A stretch of 32,000 nucleotides of DNA from Candidatus Heimdallarchaeota archaeon B3_Heim (GTDB lineage Archaea > Asgardarchaeota > Heimdallarchaeia > Hodarchaeales > Hodarchaeaceae): positions 30,001-62,000 of the forward strand of contig NJBF01000028.1 in assembly GCA_003144275.1 (NCBI GenBank), read 5' to 3'. Numbering within the stretch: position 1 is the first letter of the stretch; every line of letters begins with the position of its first letter. The translations under genes were made by a program, and so were the position numbers. This document shows positions 24,227 to 32,000 of this stretch, in pieces. The notes under the pieces were generated by a model. That model was not told where the DNA came from. It was given only the letters and a program-made list of their open reading frames with translations, and did no database searches.

Positions 24227-27200
24227 ATGGACTATAAAAAACTACAGACATTGGATCAATTTGAAGGTAAAATCCAACCCATTAATCTTGATGCTGATGC
24301 TAAAAAACTAGCTACTTTTTTTAACGAGATTGATGATCTGTGGCCAGGGACTTTTACACAAGGCATTAAATTTGACGAAAAACGTACTAGAGATTTTATA
24401 GGAAAAAGAAAAGCTTTAGAAGCGTATGTAGCGTTCGACCCCTCAGACAGGATAGTTGGACTCTGTTCTGTGCATAAACGGATGGAGGAACCAAATGTTT
24501 CATATATTGGAATTCTAGGTGCACATCCAGATGTTTTATCAAAAAAATATGGAAAACATCTTCTTCTAACCGCTATAGAATTTAGTGTAGCCAATGGAGA
24601 TTTACGTCAGGACTTACACACTTGGGCATCCAATATGAAAGCGGTTCCTTTATATAAAAAGATTGGTCTCCAATGGGTTCCAGATACTTCAGTTTACATG
24701 CAGAATTATATCCCAGCAATCTTACAAGATAGTTTCTGTAAACCGTATTTTGATAAACATCCTGATTGGTATTTAAATCAAAAACGGGAGTTAACTCAAG
24801 CTCCTGATGATGATTCCTTCGGAAAAATGAAAGTATTCAACTATTATTTTGAAAATAAAGGTGATTATCTAAAAGTAATGATTGATAGGTATAGTCGATC
24901 AATCATGGGAATAACACGAAGTCTGGATGGAGAAGAGCTAAGTCTTGTTCTTCAGTATGATGAGCATGATGTTTTTACAGGTATTGAGAAACCATTTTTC
25001 CTTAAGGTTGAAAACAAAACGAATAAGGAATTCTCTTTGAATGTAGCGTTCGAACCCTCTCTAGAAATAACGCCCCAAAAATCCCAAATGAGTCGACACA
25101 TCCCGATTGGTAATGTGAGCATTGAAAATTATTATTCGGTCATCGATACAACCATAGATTCTAGTATTTATCGAAAAACACCAAGTATCAAAGCAAGGGT
25201 CACTTTAAACGGGAATGACCTAATTTTAGAATCAGGAGTGAGGGCAAAACAACCCGTTGATATTAATTCTTCAGATTTAACTAGGTGGATACCTTCAGGG
25301 AAACAAGAAGTTGGAATAAATATTAATAATCGGACTACTGAATCCATTCAGGGTGAGCTGATTTTCTGGACGGATTCCGATGTTACAATACTTAATCCTG
25401 TAAATCAGATCAAAATTGATCCAGAGAGCTTTATTGGTCTTCGAATAACTCTTAAAGTTCCTGAATATAAAGAAGATAACGCAGTTACTCTTTTTTGCCA
25501 GTTGAGGATGGAAAAGTCAAAAAGCAGAGTATTTGAAATTCCTGTATTCATTTCCGAGTATCCGTCTGTTGCTGCGCGTATCCAAAAGGATAAAAAACGA
25601 GTGATATTACAAAACCAAAATGTTCGATCTATCATACATCTGGAAGGGGCACGTGCTACCTTAAAATCTACCGAAGATTCAGCAATGGCAATTAGTGCTA
25701 ATATCCTAGATTTTGGCCCTCCTTTTGGATTTAGTGAATTTAATCAAGTGAAATTTGAACCAGAAATAATCTATGAAAACAACTCAATTAGAGTAAAACT
25801 CACTAAACAGAGTAGATCAAAAGAAAGTTTAATTTTTTCCCGGAATTTTGAATTAAGGCCAGGTGATAATCATATTTCTGTATGGGAAGAGATTCAGAAT
25901 TTAGGAACGATCAAAGATCAAGTTACGATTCTAATGCAACCATCCTATAGTGATGGAATAAATATGCCAATGGGTAATAGATATCTTGTTTTTGAAGATG
26001 AATTGATAGTAGGACCTAATTATCTTTGGCCTATAAGAGAAGGAGATCTTCCAGAAGGAACAGAACAGTATGAACCTTGGGTTTGTGTTGAAGCTGGTGA
26101 TGTTACCTATTACCACATTTATCAAACAGAAAATACTTTAGCCAACCCGAGTCGAGGAGCCTTAACAACATTAGAAAAATCTGTTTTCATCCCTGCATTA
26201 TCTTTAGCCTCGTCCCCAAAAAGCTGGATAGGGTGCAGTTTAAGAGGGAAATGGAAAGATGTGAGGGAATTATCCTATTACCTAAGTAAAAAAACTATTC
26301 TTCCACATTCAGAGAAGTCCGTTCATCCGAAGTCTTATCTAAATATCGCAATCCCTAATGAAGAACTGCTACTGGGAAAAAAAGTCAATGACATACAGGT
26401 CAACGTCACTTCAACTAGGTTTATGCCTGTGACAGGAAAGATTTCATTAGATCTCCCTGATGACTGGATATGTACTCCTAAGAGTCAAGAGATTTCTGAA
26501 CTGAATTTAAAGAACCCCCAAAACTTCACTTTTCAGATTCAACTTCCTGAAATTACCGTATCACGAACTAGTAAATTAAAAGTCAAGATTACTTCTCCAT
26601 CAGGAGAATTATCTGAAGAAATATCTGTACTCGTATTTAACAATTCATTAAAACCAAAAATAGAAAATCTACCCCCTATTGGAGAGAAAAATGTTACTAA
26701 AGTACAGAATGAGTCACTCGCGATTACAAGTTCCAAAGATTTTGTCGGTACTCTGACATCTATCAAATATAAAGATACGGAATATCTACATTCAAATTTT
26801 CCTACCATGGTGCCATCTCTATTCTTTAATCAGGACCCTGGAGGCCTACTGACAATCTTACTTGGAGGAAATGATGATTTAAGTGACCTCAAGTTCTTTA
26901 ATGAAAAATTCCAACAATCAGAGGTTCAAAATGATCCATGGTATGGTGTGGAATATACCGTTACAGTAGCTGAACGAAAGTCATTGAAAGGATTAGTCTT
27001 CAAAACCTCTTATTCATTATTGAGTGGAGATTCGCAACTCGTTAAAATCAGATTGCATATTTCCAATCCTACTTCTGCCACATTTCAATTTTTATCACTA
27101 AGCCTCCTATCACCTGCTATTAATGGATCTATTGAAGATATGATTGCTCAACTTGAGACCACAGATACATCGATTATTCATACTTTCACTAGAGATAATC

Positions 27201-27460
27201 CTCTACCAATCTTTGCACTAGGTACGGAACATCTTAAAAGATTAAACTACGTTAAGGAGGGAAAAAGTCTTTCCATAGTTTCTCCTCACTCAGACGCAAA
27301 TTTATTCCCTCTTGACGCCGGTAAAATGATTCTTGGGGGAGGAGTTGCCAAATCCTGGTTTTTAGAACCTGGTGAATCAAGCGAATGTATCTTCTTCTTA
27401 ATTCTAGGCTCTTCGGATAGATTGAAATTTGAAGAATTGTCTTCGATATTCCAGAAATAA
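24227..27460 (+). CDS. Large GNAT-family N-acetyltransferase-domain protein with extended beta-sandwich C-terminal region
   Basis: N-terminal GNAT: YIGILGAHPDVLSKKYGKHLL (acetyl-CoA loop) and LHTWASNMKAVPLYKKIG. The remaining ~850 aa are beta-strand-rich. Confidence 0.85.
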   Translation: MDYKKLQTLDQFEGKIQPINLDADAKKLATFFNEIDDLWPGTFTQGIKFDEKRTRDFIGKRKALEAYVAFDPSDRIVGLCSVHKRMEEPNVSYIGILGAHPDVLSKKYGKHLLLTAIEFSVANGDLRQDLHTWASNMKAVPLYKKIGLQWVPDTSVYMQNYIPAILQDSFCKPYFDKHPDWYLNQKRELTQAPDDDSFGKMKVFNYYFENKGDYLKVMIDRYSRSIMGITRSLDGEELSLVLQYDEHDVFTGIEKPFFLKVENKTNKEFSLNVAFEPSLEITPQKSQMSRHIPIGNVSIENYYSVIDTTIDSSIYRKTPSIKARVTLNGNDLILESGVRAKQPVDINSSDLTRWIPSGKQEVGININNRTTESIQGELIFWTDSDVTILNPVNQIKIDPESFIGLRITLKVPEYKEDNAVTLFCQLRMEKSKSRVFEIPVFISEYPSVAARIQKDKKRVILQNQNVRSIIHLEGARATLKSTEDSAMAISANILDFGPPFGFSEFNQVKFEPEIIYENNSIRVKLTKQSRSKESLIFSRNFELRPGDNHISVWEEIQNLGTIKDQVTILMQPSYSDGINMPMGNRYLVFEDELIVGPNYLWPIREGDLPEGTEQYEPWVCVEAGDVTYYHIYQTENTLANPSRGALTTLEKSVFIPALSLASSPKSWIGCSLRGKWKDVRELSYYLSKKTILPHSEKSVHPKSYLNIAIPNEELLLGKKVNDIQVNVTSTRFMPVTGKISLDLPDDWICTPKSQEISELNLKNPQNFTFQIQLPEITVSRTSKLKVKITSPSGELSEEISVLVFNNSLKPKIENLPPIGEKNVTKVQNESLAITSSKDFVGTLTSIKYKDTEYLHSNFPTMVPSLFFNQDPGGLLTILLGGNDDLSDLKFFNEKFQQSEVQNDPWYGVEYTVTVAERKSLKGLVFKTSYSLLSGDSQLVKIRLHISNPTSATFQFLSLSLLSPAINGSIEDMIAQLETTDTSIIHTFTRDNPLPIFALGTEHLKRLNYVKEGKSLSIVSPHSDANLFPLDAGKMILGGGVAKSWFLEPGESSECIFFLILGSSDRLKFEELSSIFQK

Positions 27461-27571
27461 GTTCTGGAGCATTATTGTGATGTATTTCAAGTCACAATAA
27501 TTATTACTTTTTCCCTCTATTTAATTTTCTGTCCTCTACTCCGTTCTAACCATGATTTTTTTTGATTAAAA

Positions 27572-28297
27572 ATGACTCAAAAACTCGATAAATCTGCTAA
27601 AGTAATTTCAAAAATGTTCACTTCCTTAGCTCCACGTTATGATTTAATGAATGACGTGATGACAGGTTTCACTCATCGCCACACACGAAAATTTGCTCTA
27701 GAGCTAATAGGGATTGTAAAAGGGGGACTAGTCTTAGATCTCGCCTCTGGAACAGGAGATTTTGCATTTCTTCTTCAAAATTTAATGAAATCAAATACTC
27801 TGATCATTGGATGTGATTTTTCGATAGGAATGTTGGAAATGGCACGTCATCGTCTGAAAACAATTCAAGATGTATCTGAGGTGAACAATCTGGCATTCGC
27901 CAGTTCGGATATCAATCACCTTCCATTTTCAGATGAAATTTTTGATGTTTGTTCAATTATTTATGGATTAAGAAATGTCCAAGATCCATTAAGTGTCCTG
28001 CAAGAAATAAATCGTGTAACTAAACCGAGTGGTCGTTTCTTCATTGTGGAATCCATTATCCCAGACAACCCTTTCATTCGGTTTTCACTGTCATTTTATT
28101 TTAAGAATGTCGTCCCTATGATTGCCTCTTTATTCGCATCGAATGTTCAAGCCTATGATTATTATTTTAATTCTGTAGAACAATTTGGAACTCCAATTGA
28201 GACATTAAAATTACTGAAAAAAACACATTGGAAACGGGTCACCATTTACCGATTATTATTTGGATCAGTTATTGTTTACCAGATTTTCAAAAGATGA
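27572..28297 (+). CDS. menG: UbiE/MenG-family quinone C-methyltransferase
   Basis: MFTSLAPRYDLMND, VLDLASGTGD, GCDFSIGML, LPFSDEIFD...YGLRNV, KPSGR. Confidence 0.8.
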   Translation: MTQKLDKSAKVISKMFTSLAPRYDLMNDVMTGFTHRHTRKFALELIGIVKGGLVLDLASGTGDFAFLLQNLMKSNTLIIGCDFSIGMLEMARHRLKTIQDVSEVNNLAFASSDINHLPFSDEIFDVCSIIYGLRNVQDPLSVLQEINRVTKPSGRFFIVESIIPDNPFIRFSLSFYFKNVVPMIASLFASNVQAYDYYFNSVEQFGTPIETLKLLKKTHWKRVTIYRLLFGSVIVYQIFKR

Positions 28298-28426
28298 AAT
28301 AGTTATAAAACTCACTCCTCAATAAAAAACTGAAAAAGAATTTATTACTACGTCATGTTTCGCTGTATATTCACTGCAGTCTTCGAAAAATCAAGATGAA
28401 ATAATTCACAGAAGGAAGATCCAATC

Positions 28427-29776
28427 ATGGTGTCAGAATCTACGCATATTGACGAGGTCAACCAATTATTGATTACTTTGGTTCAGAATAAGTGTATTAA
28501 TCCTCCAGGTACGGAACTTAGATCAATTCGTACAATTGAAAATCATCTAAAACAGCGAAATATTCCTTGCAAAGTAATTGAAACAGCTCCAGATCGAGGT
28601 AACTTAATTGCGGAAATAAAAGGTGAAAATGCTGGATCCTCTCTTATGTTTGGGCCTTCTCATGTTGATGTTGTTCCAATTGGCAACAAATCTGCTTGGG
28701 AGGTGGATCCATTTAGTGGAATCATTAAGGATGAACATATCTGGGGTCGAGGAACTCTTGACATGTTGTTCATCGTTGCCACACAGGTTCAAGCATTCGC
28801 ACGCCTTTTCGAGGAAGGATTCAAACCAAAAAGTGATCTTAAGCTCTGTATAGTTGCAGATGAAGAAGCTGGGGGAATATTTGGGACAGAATGGTTAATG
28901 AAACATCAACCCGATTTCATGAGTGTTGATTATGCATTAAGTGAGGCGGGGGGAATACCAATTGCACCTGGTAGACTATTGTTGGGTATTGGAGAAAAGG
29001 GCGCTGCTTGGAAACGTGTGTCATTCAAAGGAACCCCTACTCATGGTTCAATGCCATACAAAAGCGATAATGCCGTCATAAAAGCAGCTATAGCTGCAGA
29101 GCGGCTCAATAAATATACACCACCAATTAATCTGGATTATATCAAACTAATGGCCAATGGTCTTGGTTTGAGTAAAATTACACAACTAATGCTGAGTCAT
29201 CGGATATTCCTTCCTTTAGTCCTTAAAATGGCTCATAAACGAAACCCAGTCATGGCACGTTTATTGCACGCCCTCTCACGAATGACTATTTCCCCTAACA
29301 TCGTTCATGGTGGAACGAAAACCAACATTGTTGCAGGAGAAGCCTATCTTGATGTGGATATTCGTATTTTACCAAACCAGGATGATGATTTCGTTGTTAA
29401 ACACTTACGAAAGGCAATGGGTGAGATGGGAAAAGAGGCCATAATTGAGCGCCCTCCTGATCAACCAGGTTTTTTCACTTCTGAGGGGACAGCAAGCGAC
29501 CCAAATTCAGAAATTGTACCCTTTATGTGTAAAGCGGTTGCAGAAGTGTATCCAAACGCTCAATTTGTTCCATTGATAGTTGCTGGAGCTACTGATCTTA
29601 GGTATCTCCGAGAGCGAGGAACTCAAGCATATGGGTTCTCTCTTTTTGATCCTGAAACTCCTCTCAACACAATGGCTACATTGCCCCATGGTCCGAATGA
29701 ACGAATTAGTTTAAAGACTGTAGAATACTCTTTGATGGCATACTATAACCTAGCCAAAGAATTTCTCAACCAGTAA
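28427..29776 (+). CDS. M20/M25/M40 family metallopeptidase/amidohydrolase
   Basis: SHVDVVP, WGRGTLDM, ADEEAGG, SEAGG, HGSMP, GGTKTN, GATD, HGPNE. Confidence 0.9.
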   Translation: MVSESTHIDEVNQLLITLVQNKCINPPGTELRSIRTIENHLKQRNIPCKVIETAPDRGNLIAEIKGENAGSSLMFGPSHVDVVPIGNKSAWEVDPFSGIIKDEHIWGRGTLDMLFIVATQVQAFARLFEEGFKPKSDLKLCIVADEEAGGIFGTEWLMKHQPDFMSVDYALSEAGGIPIAPGRLLLGIGEKGAAWKRVSFKGTPTHGSMPYKSDNAVIKAAIAAERLNKYTPPINLDYIKLMANGLGLSKITQLMLSHRIFLPLVLKMAHKRNPVMARLLHALSRMTISPNIVHGGTKTNIVAGEAYLDVDIRILPNQDDDFVVKHLRKAMGEMGKEAIIERPPDQPGFFTSEGTASDPNSEIVPFMCKAVAEVYPNAQFVPLIVAGATDLRYLRERGTQAYGFSLFDPETPLNTMATLPHGPNERISLKTVEYSLMAYYNLAKEFLNQ

Positions 29777-29794
29777 GCATAAAAGGTATGTATC

Positions 29795-30727
29795 ATGGCT
29801 GGAGAAATTTTAGCAGTAGCCACCGCAATCACATTCCCCCTAGCGAACGCAATGTTCAAAAAAGTTGATAATCTGTTTACTCCCTCTCAAATAAATGCAA
29901 TAAGAACTTCGGTCGGAGCAATTTTCTTTGTTTTGTTTATTCTAATCCTTGATCAATGGAAATTTCTCCCTTTGGTTACTACAGGTCTATTGGTTCTTCT
30001 CCTTGTTAGTATCTTTTTTGGCCAAGTTATTGGGGATACAGCTTATTTTATTGGTCAAGAATCTCTTGGTACAACAATCGCTTTAGCGATATCAGGTACT
30101 ATGCCCTTTTTCACATTTCTGATATCCCTCCTTATCGGTGAAGACATTTCGGTAACTTTCTACCTTTCTGGAATTATCATTGGAGCAGGAATTTTCCTAA
30201 TATCTAAAAGTCAGATCTCACGAGAAGAATCATCATTTAATCGAAATGGTTCAAAATATATCTTCATGGTTATTACTTTGTTAATCGCTTCATTTTCATG
30301 GGCTATTGCTATTGTGCTTACAGATATTGGATTTAATGCACTGGGTAACCTCCTTCCTCAAGGAGAACAAACTTCATTTTTGGGGAATGCCATTCGGCTT
30401 CCATTTGCTGCGGTGATCCTATGTGTAATGGGATGGAAATCAAGATCCAAAAATAAACAAAATTCAGATTCACTATACAAAAACCCCTTTGATGGGAAGG
30501 TTATTACTATTTTACTCGCAGCTTCGATAATTGGAACAGCTTTAGGCATTCTTTTATATTCAGAAGCCGCTCGATTGGCTGGAGCTCCTTTTACTTCATT
30601 AATACTAACCGCAAGTCCGTTATTTTCCATACCCATCTCATGGGCAATTAATAAAGAGAAAATATCATTTCTAGAATTAATCGGCTTATTGTTAATTCTT
30701 ACAGGAGTAATACTGATTTTATTGTAA
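29795..30727 (+). CDS. EamA/DMT-family transporter
   Basis: About 10 TM segments; IGDTAYF, SPLFSIPISWAINKEKIS. Confidence 0.88.
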   Translation: MAGEILAVATAITFPLANAMFKKVDNLFTPSQINAIRTSVGAIFFVLFILILDQWKFLPLVTTGLLVLLLVSIFFGQVIGDTAYFIGQESLGTTIALAISGTMPFFTFLISLLIGEDISVTFYLSGIIIGAGIFLISKSQISREESSFNRNGSKYIFMVITLLIASFSWAIAIVLTDIGFNALGNLLPQGEQTSFLGNAIRLPFAAVILCVMGWKSRSKNKQNSDSLYKNPFDGKVITILLAASIIGTALGILLYSEAARLAGAPFTSLILTASPLFSIPISWAINKEKISFLELIGLLLILTGVILILL

Positions 30728-30754
30728 TTCAATGAAAAGAAGACTCAACTTAAC

Positions 30755-30763
30755 AAAAAAAAA
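30755..30763 (-). terminator. Oligo-T terminator after the ABC permease gene
   Basis: Minus strand CTTTCTCTGCCCTTTCC-T9 directly after the TGA at 30784, between convergent genes. Confidence 0.5.
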
Positions 30764-30783
30764 GGAAAGGGCAGAGAAAGCAT

Positions 30784-32000
30784 TCAGGTAAGAATACTTT
30801 CACGCTCGAAGACGCGAGAGGCAATATACAGAGAAATAAAGATAACTACGACTAAGAATCCAAGATGGAAAAGTAGATCAGTCGCAATACTACCTGTTAT
30901 CGCACTCGAAGCATATGTTTGTGGATATAACCCTTTACTTAATATCGCAATTGCATGTGACCAAGGAATGAGATAAAGGAGGATTCCAGCACCACCAAAT
31001 GATTGTTCAGGTAATGCACCAAACAGCGAAGTCATTCCTACAATCAAAGAGGGGACCATCATCACCATGCTGTACAAGGATTCTGCAGATCTAACATCCT
31101 TTGTCAAACTTGCAATGGAAATACCTATTCCTATGGCTACAAATGCTGATAGAAACATGGTTATTCCAACGAGTAACAAAAGATTAAGCGTAGGATTAAT
31201 TGAATACATTGCAGAGACGTTATAAGCCTCAGAACCACCAGAATCAGCTAAACCAAGAATGAATGAAAATCCCATAAGTCCTACCATGTTCATTACTGCA
31301 AAAATCGAAACTAACACCATACCTGCTAATACCTTCCCAAAAAGAATGCTGAAACGAGAAATAGGCAACGCTAGTAAGGATTCCATGGTTTTCTTCTCTC
31401 TTTCACCAGCAAAACTTGTGCTAACGAATGGAGCAGGTGCCATGACTGCAATGAGGATTGAAATAAATCCAATAAATCCCGCTCCAAACCCACTCGCAGC
31501 TGCTTCTTCCCCTGGAAAGGTGATTGTTGTCTGTGATAGGTATGCTGCCTTTTCAATAACTACCTGTGTGAAAGGTGGCTGTGATAAAACCATTCCCACA
31601 CCTGCTTCAAGAAATTCTGATCCAATAATACCTCCAGGAAGTGTATACATTTCCACGACGGGAATGATATTTAAACTGAGGTTAAATGCATTAAACACTG
31701 ATGTGAAGTTCTCAGGGATGATAATCAGTGGCATTACATCGCTAGCAATATCTGGGTCATTTATCATCTGCATTAGTGACGAGTAGCTCTCATCTGCGTA
31801 CAACGTGTCATTAATAACTGCCCCTTCGAGAAAAGAACCGTTAATTTCAGTACTAGCTTTAAGTTTGTTGACAAACTTATCACCATAATTATCAGTAATA
31901 TTGCCCAAATCAAAATTTACTACGTAAACCGTTTCTCCTTCTTGTGTAGATGTTAAAGACACACCTACAAGCAACTGTATTCCTCCCTGCATACCCCACA
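30784..32000 (-). CDS. ABC-2 type (NatB-like) exporter permease, 5' end beyond the window
   Basis: SFAGEREKKTMESLLALPISRFSILFGK signature and 5 C-terminal TM segments. The frame stays open to the window edge (tgg ggt atg), so ATG 31992 is probably internal. Confidence 0.85.
   Translation of the reverse strand, partial: WGMQGGIQLLVGVSLTSTQEGETVYVVNFDLGNITDNYGDKFVNKLKASTEINGSFLEGAVINDTLYADESYSSLMQMINDPDIASDVMPLIIIPENFTSVFNAFNLSLNIIPVVEMYTLPGGIIGSEFLEAGVGMVLSQPPFTQVVIEKAAYLSQTTITFPGEEAAASGFGAGFIGFISILIAVMAPAPFVSTSFAGEREKKTMESLLALPISRFSILFGKVLAGMVLVSIFAVMNMVGLMGFSFILGLADSGGSEAYNVSAMYSINPTLNLLLLVGITMFLSAFVAIGIGISIASLTKDVRSAESLYSMVMMVPSLIVGMTSLFGALPEQSFGGAGILLYLIPWSHAIAILSKGLYPQTYASSAITGSIATDLLFHLGFLVVVIFISLYIASRVFERESILT

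Noticed and set aside
31259-31786. 175-aa plus-strand ORF
   Set aside because: Antisense shadow of the ABC-2 permease.
1-32000. CRISPR array, IS/transposase, integrase, rRNA, selenocysteine recoding
   Set aside because: No regularly spaced direct repeats, no transposase or integrase motifs, no rRNA-like segment and no in-frame TGA interrupting a recognisable gene were seen by eye.

Overview
Gene-dense, AT-rich (roughly one-third GC by eye) archaeal chromosomal window with no rRNA, canonical tRNA, CRISPR array or mobile element that I can see. The gene mix suggests an Asgard archaeon, probably Heimdallarchaeia/Hodarchaeales (inference): a Rab-like small GTPase, a PGF-CTERM-type surface anchor, DUF63, a RAD55/KaiC-like protein, an AN1 zinc finger, GGTGA/GGAGG ribosome-binding sites and oligo-T terminators. 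About 26 CDS are supported, including one missed by the ORF track (<1..1001, minus strand). The best candidate for an undescribed system is a tight three-gene minus-strand operon at 18308..21923. It encodes (i) a 509-aa single-pass membrane protein ending in the cytoplasmic tail GRGRGRSGGGG-CACACAGCACACA-GGGR*, (ii) a PqqD/RRE-radical SAM-SPASM maturase starting 2 nt after that stop, and (iii) an overlapping SAM methyltransferase. No short precursor peptide is visible, so the six-Cys tail of the large membrane protein may be the RiPP-like substrate. Secondary observations: four apparently catalytically dead enzyme homologues (Rab-like, KaiC-like, esterase, Hef-like helicase); an AN1-finger/site-2-protease pair split by a single in-frame TAA; a possible gelsolin-like gene in an operon with the Rab-like GTPase; a hendecad-repeat 661-aa helical protein; and an internally repeated membrane protein. 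All family assignments come from motif recognition by eye; no database searches were run.
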